NCBI GenBank assembly: GCA_965220745.1
Contig: CBDCQT010000013.1
Location: 192,001-256,000 of the forward strand
Direction of reading: 5' to 3'
DNA from: Alphaproteobacteria bacterium
Lineage (GTDB): Bacteria > Pseudomonadota > Alphaproteobacteria > UBA828
DNA: 64,000 nt
Shown: positions 13,379-23,234 of the stretch, in pieces
Layout: each line of letters opens with the position of its first letter
How positions within the stretch are numbered: the first letter of the stretch is position 1
Program-made: the position numbers and the translations under genes
The notes under the pieces: model-generated
Seen by the model: the letters and a program-made list of their open reading frames with translations, nothing else
Databases searched by the model: none
What the model was told of the DNA's origin: nothing

Positions 13379-13621
13379 GTGGACGCCTTCGGCATCATCG
13401 TCGTCTTCGTGATCGCCTGGTGGCTCTCCTTCTTCGTTGCGCTGCCGTTCGGGATCAGGCCCATCGAGAATCCGGAGCCCGGCCACGCCCCCGGCGCCCC
13501 TCAACGACCGCGGCTCTGGCGCAAGGCGGCGATCGCCACCGTAGCGGGCAGCGTGATCACCGGCGCCATCGTCGGCATCGTCGAGGCCGGCTGGCTCTCG
13601 CTCGAGACCTTCGCGGAATAA
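13379..13621 (+). CDS. DUF1467 family small membrane protein
   Basis: FVIAWWLSFFVALPFG..PGHAPGAP..PRLWRK pattern; usual position after mce. Confidence 0.8.
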   Translation: MDAFGIIVVFVIAWWLSFFVALPFGIRPIENPEPGHAPGAPQRPRLWRKAAIATVAGSVITGAIVGIVEAGWLSLETFAE

Positions 13622-13642
13622 GCGCGGGGCGGGCGGGGAGCC

Positions 13643-14179
13643 GTGACGAGCTACTGCGATATCGCGCCGGGGCATCCCTTCCACGGGCCCTATCACGACC
13701 GGGTATACGGCTTCCCGGTGCGGGACGACGACCGGCTGTTCGAACGCCTCATCCTGGAGATCAACCAGGCCGGGCTCTCCTGGCTCACGATCCTGAAGAA
13801 GCAGGAGGCCTTCGTGGCCGCCTTCGAGGGCTTCGAGATTGCGCGGGTCGCGGCCTACGGCGATGAGGAGCGGGCCCGGCTGCTGGCCGATGCGGGCATC
13901 ATCCGCAACCGGCTCAAGGTCGATGCCGCCATCGAGAACGCCAGGCGTATCCAGGCGTTACAAGAGTCTCACGGCTCCTTCGCCGCCTGGCTCGACGCGC
14001 ATCATCCGAGGCTGCACGCGGATTGGGTGAAGCTTTTCAAGGCCCACTTCAAGTTTACGGGCGGCGAAATCTGTCGCGAGTTTCTGCTGTCGACCGGCTA
14101 TCTGGAAGGTGCCCACCGACCTGACTGCCCCGTCTATGACGAGATTATGAAACAGGGGCCGCCCTGGTCTCGTGCCTGA
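13643..14179 (+). CDS. tag: DNA-3-methyladenine glycosylase I
   Basis: YHDRVYG, LFERLILEINQAGLSWLTIL, IIRNRLKV, HRPDC Zn ligands. Confidence 0.9.
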   Translation: MTSYCDIAPGHPFHGPYHDRVYGFPVRDDDRLFERLILEINQAGLSWLTILKKQEAFVAAFEGFEIARVAAYGDEERARLLADAGIIRNRLKVDAAIENARRIQALQESHGSFAAWLDAHHPRLHADWVKLFKAHFKFTGGEICREFLLSTGYLEGAHRPDCPVYDEIMKQGPPWSRA

Positions 14180-14187
14180 TCCAGAAA

Positions 14188-15363
14188 TTAGACGGCGATT
14201 TCGTCCACTCTCACCCAGCGCCGCTCGGCATCCGAGAGAATGCAAGCGTCGATCACGCGCTGGACCTCCGCGGCAAGTCTGAAATCGGGATAGGCTGGCT
14301 TGCTGGCGGCAACCGCTTCGATGAGGTCCTGAACCTCCATCACCTTGAAGTCGTTGTAACCGGCGCCAATGCCCGGGACCGGGTAAAACGCCCCGTAGCG
14401 CGGGTCGCTCGGCCCCGTCGAGATGTGCTTGAAGCCCGATGTACCGGGATCGCCGTCCTCCTTGTAGACCTGCAGGTCGTTGATGCGGTCGTAGAAGTAG
14501 CGGAGTGCGCCCCCAGTGCCGGTCAGCTCGTAGCCGATATCCATGCGCTTACCGACAGAGACGCGGCTCATCTCCATGTGCCCGTTCAGCCCGCCCGAGG
14601 TCCTGAACATTGCGGTCGCGAGGTCGTCCGTGTCGACCTGCATCATCTGGCCGCTGCTACCGCCGGCATCCATGCTGAAGCCGCCGTGAGCCTCCGGTGC
14701 CGGGCGTTCCGGGATGACGATTTCGAGGTTGCACACCACCTCCACGACCGGTTGATCGATGAGGTGCTGCAGATAAGCGAAGCAATGCGCCCCGATGTCA
14801 CCGATCACGCCGGAGCCGGCCTGCGCCTTGTCGTTACGCCAGGAGAACGGAATCTCCGGCCGGCCCAGGAAGTCGGCGCTGAAGGAGCCGCGGTAATAGC
14901 TCGGCGCCCCGATCTCGCCGTCCGCGACCAGCCGCTTGGCCAGCGTCTGCACCGGATTCTTGATGTAGTTAAAGCCCACCATAGTAATGACGCCGGCCTT
15001 CTCGGCCGCCTCCGCCATTGCGAACGCTTCCTTTGCGTCGTTGGCGAGGGGCTTCTCGCAGTAGACGTGCTTGCCGGCGGCGATCGCGGCCATCGCCATC
15101 TCGAAGTGGAAGTCGTTCGGCGTGTCGATGTCGACGATGTCGATGGTTGGGTCGTCGATAATCTCCCGCCAATCCGCCGTATGGCGGCGGAAACCGAGCT
15201 CTCGGGCCGCGCGGCTCGCGATCTCCTCGTTCACCTCGGCGACGACCTCCAGCACCGGAACCGCCGGCTCGCCGCCGAAGGCGAGCGGCTGGGCGCGATA
15301 GCACATGGCGTGGGTCTTGCCCATCCAGCCGGCACCGATGAGGCCGATCTTCAACTCTCTCAT
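14188..15363 (-). CDS. Gfo/Idh/MocA family oxidoreductase
   Basis: IGLIGAGWMG Rossmann motif, KHVYCEKP, GDIGAH. Confidence 0.9.
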   Translation of the reverse strand: MRELKIGLIGAGWMGKTHAMCYRAQPLAFGGEPAVPVLEVVAEVNEEIASRAARELGFRRHTADWREIIDDPTIDIVDIDTPNDFHFEMAMAAIAAGKHVYCEKPLANDAKEAFAMAEAAEKAGVITMVGFNYIKNPVQTLAKRLVADGEIGAPSYYRGSFSADFLGRPEIPFSWRNDKAQAGSGVIGDIGAHCFAYLQHLIDQPVVEVVCNLEIVIPERPAPEAHGGFSMDAGGSSGQMMQVDTDDLATAMFRTSGGLNGHMEMSRVSVGKRMDIGYELTGTGGALRYFYDRINDLQVYKEDGDPGTSGFKHISTGPSDPRYGAFYPVPGIGAGYNDFKVMEVQDLIEAVAASKPAYPDFRLAAEVQRVIDACILSDAERRWVRVDEIAV

Positions 15364-15643
15364 AATTCATTCCAATCTCAGGGTTATTCGTTGGCGGAGG
15401 GGCCGCGAGGGAAGCAATAGGAGGAGGCCGAAGAACACAGAACCGCCCGGCGGCGGCATCCTATCAAGGGCCTCGAAACCGAGCCAGACTCGGCTGGCGA
15501 ATGGCGCTGGCCTTGGCACCCGCGATCGGTCACCATGCCGCGCAGCGCAGGCCCCGGTGGCGCACCAAGCAGTCGCGCGTGCCGGGCAGGGGAAGCCACG
15601 CGCCGCAGGCTCCAGGCGGCGCCCAGGACCAGGGAGATGACAC

Positions 15644-16405
15644 ATGGATCTCGGATTGAAGGGCAGGAAGTCGCTGGTGACGGGCGGCACCAAGGGTATC
15701 GGCCGCGCAATCGCGAACGAGTTGGCGGCAGAGGGCTCCGACGTTGCGATCTGTGCGCGCACCGAAGCCGATGTGGAGGAGGCGGTCTCCGCGCTCGCCG
15801 CGACCGGCGTTCGCGCGTCGGGCCGCGCGCTCGATGTCGGCGACGGGCCGGCGGTACGTCAGTGGGTCGACGACGTGGCGGCCGAGTTCGGCGGGCTCGA
15901 CATCGTGGTGCCCAATGTCAGCGCGCTTGCGGCCAGCCCGGACCTGGAGTCCTGGCAGAAGGAATTCAATGTCGACATGATGCATACCGTGCATGCGGTG
16001 GAGGCAGCGCTGCCGCACCTGGAAAAGTCCGATGCGGGCTCCATCGTGGTCATTTCGAGCGTCTCGGGTATCGAGATCGACTTCGCCGCCGGTCCCTACG
16101 GCGTCTTCAAGGCGGCGCTGATCCACTATGCCGCCGGCCTTGCTCGCCAGCTCGCACCCAAGGGCATCCGCGCCAACTCGGTCTCGCCCGGCAACACCTA
16201 CTTCGAAGGTGGCTTCTGGCAGGACATCGAGAAAGGCAATCCGGATCTGTTCAATCTGGCCTTGAGCCTCAACAAGACGGGGCGCATGGCGACCGCCGAG
16301 GAGGTGGCCAACGCGACGGTGTTCCTCGCGAGCCCGAGGGCGAGCTTCATCACCGGCACCAACATCAAGGTGGACGGCGCGCTCACCGACGGCGTGCAGT
16401 ACTGA
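15644..16405 (+). CDS. SDR family oxidoreductase
   Basis: TGGTKGIG, YGVFK catalytic motif, ITGTNIKVDG. Confidence 0.92.
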   Translation: MDLGLKGRKSLVTGGTKGIGRAIANELAAEGSDVAICARTEADVEEAVSALAATGVRASGRALDVGDGPAVRQWVDDVAAEFGGLDIVVPNVSALAASPDLESWQKEFNVDMMHTVHAVEAALPHLEKSDAGSIVVISSVSGIEIDFAAGPYGVFKAALIHYAAGLARQLAPKGIRANSVSPGNTYFEGGFWQDIEKGNPDLFNLALSLNKTGRMATAEEVANATVFLASPRASFITGTNIKVDGALTDGVQY

Positions 16406-16436
16406 GCCGTTTCGGGGGCGATCGGGGGAGGCGGCG

Positions 16437-16907
16437 ATGGCGGAAACGGAGTGGACGGTCTACCTCTCCGGCGAGATCCATACTGACTGGCGCGATCGGG
16501 TCCGCGATGGGGCCAAAGCGGAGGGCCTCGATATCGCCTTCGTCTCCCCGGTTACCGACCACGCGGCGAGCGACGATTGCGGGGTCGCCATCCTTGGTGC
16601 CGAGGAGAGATCATTCTGGAAGGACCACAAGGGCGCGCGGGTCAACGCGATCCGCAATCGTACCCTGATCCGGCGCGCGGATATCGTGGTGGTGCGCTTC
16701 GGCGACAAGTACCGGCAGTGGAACGCGGCCTTCGATGCCGGCTACGCTGCCGCACTCGACAAACCCATCATCACGCTGCACGAGCCGGCTCTGACCCATG
16801 CGCTGAAGGAGGTGGACGGTGCAGCGCTCGCCGTGGCCGAGACGCCCGAGCAAGTGGTCGAGCTGTTGCGCTACGCGATGACTGGCACGCTCCCGTCCGC
16901 TGCTTAG
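16437..16907 (+). CDS. YtoQ family protein
   Basis: VYLSGEIHTDWR, VVVRFGDKYRQWNAAFDAGYAAAL. Confidence 0.85.
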   Translation: MAETEWTVYLSGEIHTDWRDRVRDGAKAEGLDIAFVSPVTDHAASDDCGVAILGAEERSFWKDHKGARVNAIRNRTLIRRADIVVVRFGDKYRQWNAAFDAGYAAALDKPIITLHEPALTHALKEVDGAALAVAETPEQVVELLRYAMTGTLPSAA

Positions 16908-16920
16908 GGAGGCTCAGCCC

Positions 16921-17382
16921 ATGCCCAAGATCGATATCGACCGGGTGCCGGCGAAGACCGGCTCGCTCTATCCGCCGCCTTACAACGTGATGGCGGACGG
17001 ACGCATCAAGCAGGCGCTGGGCGATGCGGGCGGGTTGACTCAATTCGGGGTCAACCTGACGCGCCTGCCGCCCGGCGCCGCCAGCGCGCAGCGCCACTGG
17101 CACGAAGCCGAGGATGAGCTGGTCTTTGTCGTTTCTGGCGAGCTGGTGCTGATCGAAGAGGGCGGCGAAACCCCGCTCAGGGCAGGGGAGGCGGCCACGT
17201 TCAAGGCCGGCCATGCCGACGGCCACTACCTGTTGAACCGCTCCACGGAGGATGCCGTGGTGCTGGAGATCGGGACCCGCGCCAGCGAGGAGCGCTGCCA
17301 GTATCCCGATATCGATCTCGTCTACGAGAAGCGCGGCGGCAAGGTCCACTTCACCAACAGGGCGGGCGACCCCTACGACTGA
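16921..17382 (+). CDS. Cupin domain protein
   Basis: GLTQFGVN, RHWHEAEDE. Confidence 0.87.
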   Translation: MPKIDIDRVPAKTGSLYPPPYNVMADGRIKQALGDAGGLTQFGVNLTRLPPGAASAQRHWHEAEDELVFVVSGELVLIEEGGETPLRAGEAATFKAGHADGHYLLNRSTEDAVVLEIGTRASEERCQYPDIDLVYEKRGGKVHFTNRAGDPYD

Positions 17383-17387
17383 TCCGC

Positions 17388-17406
17388 GCCGGGGAGCGGC
17401 CCCGGC
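17388..17406. terminator. GC hairpin between convergent genes
   Basis: GCCGGGG-agcgg-CCCCGGC between the cupin stop and the stop of the convergent minus-strand ORF; no U-tract. Confidence 0.45.
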
Positions 17407-17817
17407 CTATTCGCCGATGGCCGGCCGGTAGGTCCCGAAGTTCCAGAGGTGGCCTTCCGGGTCGCGCGCCGAAAAATCGCGGGAGCCGTAGGGCGTGTCC
17501 TCCAACTCGCGAACGATCTCGGCACCGGCCTCGACGGCGCGGGCGTAGTGGGCGTCCGCATCCTCGACCACGATATAGATCGACTGCGTGACGCCGCCGA
17601 GGTCACAAGGCGTCCGCATTTGCAGCTCGTCGTCTCGTATCGAGCCCACCATGACCATGCCGCCATCGAACGCGAGCTGGGCATGGGCGATCGTGTCGTC
17701 GGGACCCGGAACAACTAAGTTCTCGCTGAAGCCGAAGGCCTTCTTGAGCCATTCGATCGCCGCGGGCGCATCTCGGTAGCTAAGGCATGGAATGATGGAG
17801 GGACCTGTCTCGGTCAT
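17407..17817 (-). CDS. VOC/glyoxalase (PhnB/bleomycin-resistance-like) protein, likely internal translation start
   Basis: ATG at 17817 preceded by GAAGGA (17825-17830) at 7 nt; IIPCLSYRDAPAAIEWLKKAFGF. Confidence 0.75.
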   Translation of the reverse strand: MTETGPSIIPCLSYRDAPAAIEWLKKAFGFSENLVVPGPDDTIAHAQLAFDGGMVMVGSIRDDELQMRTPCDLGGVTQSIYIVVEDADAHYARAVEAGAEIVRELEDTPYGSRDFSARDPEGHLWNFGTYRPAIGE

Positions 17818-19296
17818 GGCGGCATCCTTCATGCTCTGTAGGAGGGGGTGCTCGGCGGGGCGTTCGGCCTCGGCCTGCGCTTCTGGGGCTGGCGGCGGAG
17901 GCTGCTCCTCCGTCTCCGGCAATGTGGGCTCCGCCACCGTCTCCGGCCGCTCGGGCTGGACTTCGGCTTCGAGCGCGGCGTGTTCGAAGCAGCGCGCAGT
18001 GTTGCGGCCCGGTGGGCCGAGGGCGAGGAACGCATCGTACGGCAGGCCGAGGGTCTGGCCGACCTCCTCCACCTCTTCGACCGTCCGCAGTTCAAGGAAG
18101 CCCTCATCCGCCTCTGCGACTTCGACGACGAAGGTGGTGGTCACGGCCTGCCGGTTTTCGTCCAGCACCACCGGCCCACCGAACGGTGTGTCGAATTCCA
18201 GCTCGGAAAGGGCTTCGCGCAGGCTCTCGTGACCCTCCCCGAGCTCACCGTCAGTCTCTTCCAGGGCGAGGAACAACGCCTTGGCATTGACGTAATAGGA
18301 AAGCGCGAAAAGGCTCGGCGCCGGGTCTGCGTCCGGGAAGCGCTCGCGGAAGTGTTCTGTGAACGCCTCCCAGTCGTCGTTGTCGTCGCTCTCCGATACC
18401 GGAAGCGCCGAAATCGCACCCTCCAGCAAGGGGCGGATGGCGTCGCCCGCGCGCAAGAGGCTGCCGCTGAGCGTCGTCGAGCTTGCCACGATGGCGGCCT
18501 GACCACCGGCCTTGCCATAGGCTTCGAGGAAGCTCTTCGCCGTGCGGGGGTCCAGCGCCAGGAGCAGCGCGTCCGTTTCGGCACGGGCGACCCTCTCCGC
18601 AAGACGCGCGGTATCGCTCGCGCCGGGGGAGACCCAGTGGTTCCCCAGCACGTGGCCGCCTGCGGCGCAATAATCCAGCATGAAGCCCATGAGCTGGGTG
18701 TAGGGCAGGGAGTAGTCCTCTCCGACCGTGACGATCGTGCGGATATCCTTCTCGTCGTAGGCGTAGCGACCGAGTCCCCCGATCCACTGCATGCTGTCGG
18801 GGTTGAAGCGGAAGAAGTTCTCGGCCGGCGTGCGCAAGGTGGCATCCTGCGCGGCCGACGCCCCGTTGATGAAAGTCACGTCCGGCACACTCTTGGCGAA
18901 TTCGCGGATCGCGATTCCTTCGATGCCGGCGAGGGGGCCGATGACGATGCTGGCGCCGCCATCGATCAGCAGGCGCGCTTTCGCGACCACCGAGTCCGGC
19001 GTCCCGTCCGTGGACTCGATGAGGGTCTCGATGGGCCGCTCGCCGTCGCCCTCCTCGTGCTCCTGCACGGCAATTTCGTAGCCGCGCAGGGCATCCCGGC
19101 CGAGCGGCTCGAACGCCCCTTCGAGGGTCGCGAGCACGCCGATCTTCAGGGTGTCCGTTTCGGCGTTCGCCTGAGCGCCAATCAGGAGAAGTGTGGTGAG
19201 AAGGACGGCCCACGCCATGCGGCGAAGAGCGCACGGCGCGGGACCGCGGACTCGCCCAGGTCGTCCGCTTGCTGAGCGTGGCGGTGCCTTCGTCAC
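17407..19296 (-). CDS. Branched-chain-amino-acid-type ABC substrate-binding protein in frame with a C-terminal VOC/glyoxalase domain
   Basis: Signal peptide (LLTTLLLIGAQANA), LKIGVL..LEG, NFFRF, DYSLPY; P/E-rich linker; VOC domain ending YGSRDFSARDPEGHLWNFG; start may be 19218. Confidence 0.75.
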   Translation of the reverse strand: MTKAPPRSASGRPGRVRGPAPCALRRMAWAVLLTTLLLIGAQANAETDTLKIGVLATLEGAFEPLGRDALRGYEIAVQEHEEGDGERPIETLIESTDGTPDSVVAKARLLIDGGASIVIGPLAGIEGIAIREFAKSVPDVTFINGASAAQDATLRTPAENFFRFNPDSMQWIGGLGRYAYDEKDIRTIVTVGEDYSLPYTQLMGFMLDYCAAGGHVLGNHWVSPGASDTARLAERVARAETDALLLALDPRTAKSFLEAYGKAGGQAAIVASSTTLSGSLLRAGDAIRPLLEGAISALPVSESDDNDDWEAFTEHFRERFPDADPAPSLFALSYYVNAKALFLALEETDGELGEGHESLREALSELEFDTPFGGPVVLDENRQAVTTTFVVEVAEADEGFLELRTVEEVEEVGQTLGLPYDAFLALGPPGRNTARCFEHAALEAEVQPERPETVAEPTLPETEEQPPPPAPEAQAEAERPAEHPLLQSMKDAAMTETGPSIIPCLSYRDAPAAIEWLKKAFGFSENLVVPGPDDTIAHAQLAFDGGMVMVGSIRDDELQMRTPCDLGGVTQSIYIVVEDADAHYARAVEAGAEIVRELEDTPYGSRDFSARDPEGHLWNFGTYRPAIGE

Positions 19297-19459
19297 GCTA
19301 TGCCGATCATGTCAAATGTATGCCACTCAAAACATTGGAAGTTTGGCGGAGCGTCCCAGCGCTCGCGCGACACCGGGGCAAGCTCTTATAGCCGCCTGCA
19401 CCGGCCAACGCCATGCGCGCGTCGCAAGGTACGACAAGAGCATCCGCTCAATTCCGGCC

Positions 19460-19488
19460 GTGACCGCTTTGGTCTCAGAGGCTAGGCT
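19460..19488 (+). promoter_or_regulatory. Putative sigma70-type promoter GTGACC-N17-TAGGCT
   Basis: Intergenic, upstream of the Tat-exported SBP; resembles the elements at 47484 and 51620. Confidence 0.45.
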
Positions 19489-19559
19489 ATCAGCCAGCGG
19501 GTAGTCGGCGCTTGGCTTCGTGAGTCCGGCCCGGCGCCCTGAAGAGGGAGGAAGCAAAC

Positions 19560-20858
19560 ATGGCTAAGACCAAGGAGCATCGGAGACTGGGACCGAGCCG
19601 GCGCTCGATCCTCAAGGGTGCCGCCGCGGTGGCCGGCGTCGCGGCCGGCACCAAGGCGCTCGGCGGATTTCCGACAATCTGGGCGCAGGACACGAAAGAC
19701 ATCACGATCAACCACTCCGGCATGTCGTACTCGACGATCATCCAAATCGCCGAGCAGGCGACGGTTGATCTGCCATTCACGGTGGAGATGTCCGTCACCG
19801 ATCACGCCGGCATGCTCAACCGGCTGACCACGCAGTCCGATTCCATCGATGTCGCCGACATCGAGCTCTGGATGCGGGTCATCACAGTGCCGCGCGGCAT
19901 CTACCAGGCGGTCGATCCAGCCAAGATCACACATTGGGACAAGGCAACCACGATCTATCGGGACGGCCAGCTGGAGGGCAAGCAGATCTCGCGCCAGGGG
20001 GTTTCGCCCCATGAGGTGATGTACTTCACCGATGCCGACGCGAATGCTCTCGCCGACGGCAACACCGATTACGCGACCATGATCCCGGGCGTGTTCAACG
20101 CCGATACGCTCGGCATTCAGCCGGTCGAGATCGGCCGCCCCATCAACAACTGGCATGAGCTCTTCAACGACGAGTTCAACGGCCGTGCAGCGGGCATGGA
20201 CATCCCGCCGATCATGATCATGGACGCAGCGCTCGCGATCGAATCGACCGGCGAGTACACCTATGCCGACAAGGGCAACATGACCAAGGAAGAGATCACG
20301 ATGACCGTGGACCGGCTCATCGATCTCAAGAAGAAGGGACATTGGCGGGCACTCTGGGGCACCTTCGATCAGTCGGTGCAGCTGATGACCTCGGGCGAGG
20401 TGGTGATCCAGTCCATGTGGTCGCCGGCGGTGACCGCGGTACGCGCCCAGGGTGTGCCCTGCGTCTATCAGCCGCTCGCCGAGGGCTACCGGGGCTGGGG
20501 CAACGGGCTCAGCCTGATGAGCCACCTCGAGGGCAAGAGGCTCGGCGCGGCCTACGACTACCTCAACTGGTACTACAGCGGCTGGATGGGCGCCTTCATC
20601 GCGAAGCAGGGCTACTATCTCGGCGTCTCGGAGACCGCGAAGGCCTTCATGGAGCCCTTCGAGTGGGATTACTGGTACGAGGGCAAGCCGGCTGAGGACA
20701 CGATCCACGATCCCTACGGCACCCCGATGGAGAAAGCGGGGCACGTTCGCGACGGGGGCTCGTTCTCGCAGCGGTTCGGCAACATGGCGTGTTGGAACAC
20801 GCTGATGGACAACCACCAGTTCCTGCTCAAGAAGTGGACCGAGCTGCAGACGGCCTAA
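19560..20858 (+). CDS. Tat-exported PotD/PotF-like ABC substrate-binding protein
   Basis: Twin-arginine SRRSILK plus hydrophobic stretch; NADTLG, EVVIQSMWSPAV; GAGGGAGG RBS. Confidence 0.88.
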   Translation: MAKTKEHRRLGPSRRSILKGAAAVAGVAAGTKALGGFPTIWAQDTKDITINHSGMSYSTIIQIAEQATVDLPFTVEMSVTDHAGMLNRLTTQSDSIDVADIELWMRVITVPRGIYQAVDPAKITHWDKATTIYRDGQLEGKQISRQGVSPHEVMYFTDADANALADGNTDYATMIPGVFNADTLGIQPVEIGRPINNWHELFNDEFNGRAAGMDIPPIMIMDAALAIESTGEYTYADKGNMTKEEITMTVDRLIDLKKKGHWRALWGTFDQSVQLMTSGEVVIQSMWSPAVTAVRAQGVPCVYQPLAEGYRGWGNGLSLMSHLEGKRLGAAYDYLNWYYSGWMGAFIAKQGYYLGVSETAKAFMEPFEWDYWYEGKPAEDTIHDPYGTPMEKAGHVRDGGSFSQRFGNMACWNTLMDNHQFLLKKWTELQTA

Positions 20859-20874
20859 GTATCGTTATCCGCGC

Positions 20875-20902
20875 GGGCGGGGCTGATGAACCAGCCCCGC
20901 CC
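20875..20902 (+). terminator. Intercistronic 11-bp stem-loop after the SBP gene
   Basis: GGGCGGGGCTG-atgaac-CAGCCCCGCCC followed by gatcttt. Confidence 0.6.
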
Positions 20903-20916
20903 CGATCTTTCGCTCG

Positions 20917-21810
20917 ATGCGACTCAGACTTTCATTGAGTAACGGCACCGGCGCCAAGCGGAGGCCGGGGGTGAAGGCGGTGCCGCTCGGCTTCGCTCTG
21001 GGGGTCTTCTTCATCCTGCCGCTGGGTGTGCTGCTCGCAGTCAGCTTCTTCGAGAACGACATGATCTTCGGCATGCGGCCCGCGCTTACGCCGGAGAGTT
21101 ATGTCGAGCTGTTCACCACCATGAACACGCTCTGGCTCTATCTGAGCACGTTGAAATTTGCGGCGATCGTCTGGGCCGTTACGCTGCTGATCGGATTCAC
21201 CATTGCCTATTTTCTGGTGTTCCACGTCCGCTCGCTCCTGATCGCGATCGGTCTCTTTCTGCTTTGCACCGTTCCGTTCTGGACCTCCAACATCATCCGG
21301 ATGATTTCGTGGATACCGCTGCTGGGTAAGCAGGGGCTGGTCAACCAGGCGCTGATGGGTCTCGGTATCGTCGACGATCCGGTGGAGTGGCTACTCTTCT
21401 CGGACTTCTCGGTGGTGGTGAGCTACGTCCACCTGTTCACGCTGTTCATGATCGTGCCGATCTTCAATTCGATGGCGCGCATCGACAAAGCGCTGATCGA
21501 GGCGGCGCGGGACGCGGGGGCGAGCTCTCTCCGCATCATGTGGGAGGTCATCGTTCCGCTCTCCCGCAGCGGCATCGCCTTGGGCTCGATCTTCGTCATC
21601 GTGCTCGTGATGGGAGACTTCTTCGTCATCAAGGTGATGAGCGGCGGGCGCAGCGCCTCCGTCGTCTCCTCCATCTTCGAGGACATCAACGTGCTGCTCT
21701 ACCCGTCCGGGGCGGCGAGTGCCGTGGTGCTGCTGATCGTCGTGGTGATGATGGTGATGGGTGTGCTGCGGGTGGTCAACATCCGCAGGGAACTCGCGGG
21801 CAGTTCGTAG
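20917..21810 (+). CDS. ABC transporter permease (PotB-like)
   Basis: VPFWTSNIIRM, EAA motif LIEAARDAGAS; start may be GTG 20971. Confidence 0.9.
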   Translation: MRLRLSLSNGTGAKRRPGVKAVPLGFALGVFFILPLGVLLAVSFFENDMIFGMRPALTPESYVELFTTMNTLWLYLSTLKFAAIVWAVTLLIGFTIAYFLVFHVRSLLIAIGLFLLCTVPFWTSNIIRMISWIPLLGKQGLVNQALMGLGIVDDPVEWLLFSDFSVVVSYVHLFTLFMIVPIFNSMARIDKALIEAARDAGASSLRIMWEVIVPLSRSGIALGSIFVIVLVMGDFFVIKVMSGGRSASVVSSIFEDINVLLYPSGAASAVVLLIVVVMMVMGVLRVVNIRRELAGSS

Positions 21811-21820
21811 GAGCGGAGGC

Positions 21821-22675
21821 ATGGCGCGATCGTCCAAGACCCATAAGCCTCGGCCCTGGACCTTCTATCCGCTGGCGGTGTTCTTTGGGTTGTTCGTGCT
21901 GTTCCTCTACGGCCCGATGTTCTGCATCTACATCCTTTCGTTCCAGGGGCCGAACGCCTCGCTGGTGTTCCCCATGCAGGGCCTCTCGCTGCACTGGTTC
22001 GAGGCTTTGTTCGGCCAGGCGCGGACCGGCGACGTGGGCGGCGCGTTCGCTCGCTCGCTGCCGCTCTCGCTCATCATCCTGGGTATCACCGTGCTCTTCT
22101 CGGTGGCGGCGGGGCTTGCGTTCCGCAGCAGGTTCTTCGGCAACTCGGTGATCTTCTACACGGCGATCGGGAGCCTCGTGGTGCCGGGCCTCGTGCTCGG
22201 CGTCGGCATCACGCTGCTGCTCCAGCTAATGGGCTGGAACGCGCATTGGTACTCCTCTGCGCTCGGCGCGCATCTCACCTGGACGCTGCCCTTCGGGCTG
22301 CTGATCATGTTCGCCGTGTTGAGCCGCTTCGATCCGCGCGTGGAGGAGGCGGCGCGCGACCTCGGCGCGAGCAACCTGCAGTCCCTGCGCTACGTGATGA
22401 TCCCGATCCTGCTGCCGGGCATCATCGCGGTGGCGCTCTTCGGCTTCACGCTCTCCTACGACGAGTTCCCGCGCAGCACGTTCACGGTCGGCGCCCGTAA
22501 CACGCTGCCGCTGGAAATCTGGAGCATGACGACCAACATCACGTCGCCGGCGCTCTACGCGCTCGGCACGGTGACGACGGCGATCTCCTTCTTCATCATT
22601 CTGATCTCGCTGACCGCCATCGGCCTGATCCAATCGCGGCGCCAGCGCTCCCAGCGGCAGGGGCCGGGAGGGTAG
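21821..22675 (+). CDS. ABC transporter permease (PotC-like)
   Basis: ATG 21821 after GGAGG; LFLYGP, VEEAARDLGAS, FTLSYDEF. Confidence 0.9.
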   Translation: MARSSKTHKPRPWTFYPLAVFFGLFVLFLYGPMFCIYILSFQGPNASLVFPMQGLSLHWFEALFGQARTGDVGGAFARSLPLSLIILGITVLFSVAAGLAFRSRFFGNSVIFYTAIGSLVVPGLVLGVGITLLLQLMGWNAHWYSSALGAHLTWTLPFGLLIMFAVLSRFDPRVEEAARDLGASNLQSLRYVMIPILLPGIIAVALFGFTLSYDEFPRSTFTVGARNTLPLEIWSMTTNITSPALYALGTVTTAISFFIILISLTAIGLIQSRRQRSQRQGPGG

Positions 22676-22694
22676 GCGGGCGTCGCGGGGCCGA

Positions 22695-23234
22695 TCAGGC
22701 CCGTTGACGCGTCACCATCCGCTTGGTGCCCTCGTAGCGGAGGCTCTTGCAGAGGCGGGCGAAGCCGTCGAGGTTCTCCACGATTCGCGCGAAGATGCAG
22801 CCTTGGTTGGGATGCGGCGTGTCGCCGTACCAGAGCGTGGTGGGGAAGCGCATCCCGGCGTGGCGGCCATAGGCGAAGGTGACCTCCTTGAGCCAGGGGT
22901 CCCAGATGAAGTCGCCGGGGGCCATCCTCGTCTGCCGGTTCTCCAGCTCGTAGCCGAGCGCCGGCACCATGTCGACGCGGTCCAGATAGAACGCCGCGTG
23001 GCCGAAGAAGGCGCAATGGATGATGTAGGCGTCGATCGGCATCATGTCCCAGAAGGCATCGCAGGTCTTGGGGGCGGCGGTCTCCAGCAGCGCGCCGACG
23101 CAGACCTCGCCGTCGATCTCGATTTCGAAGTGGCGGAAACTGTCGGGGATGTCATTGGGGATCTCGAACTGGTCGTACCACCACTCGTCCCACATCTCGC
23201 GCTGAGCAACCGTATCGACCGATTTGTCCGCCAT
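22695..23234 (-). CDS. DUF3830-like (cyclophilin-like fold) protein
   Basis: APKTCDAFWDMMP..IIH, ENRQTRMAPGD, FAYG, LRYEG pattern; AAGGAG RBS before ATG 23234. Confidence 0.65.
   Translation of the reverse strand: MADKSVDTVAQREMWDEWWYDQFEIPNDIPDSFRHFEIEIDGEVCVGALLETAAPKTCDAFWDMMPIDAYIIHCAFFGHAAFYLDRVDMVPALGYELENRQTRMAPGDFIWDPWLKEVTFAYGRHAGMRFPTTLWYGDTPHPNQGCIFARIVENLDGFARLCKSLRYEGTKRMVTRQRA

Noticed and set aside
15500-19330. Possible sigma54 sites (TGGCAC/TGGCAT near 15514 and 19326)
   Set aside because: The -12 GC dinucleotide is missing or mis-spaced
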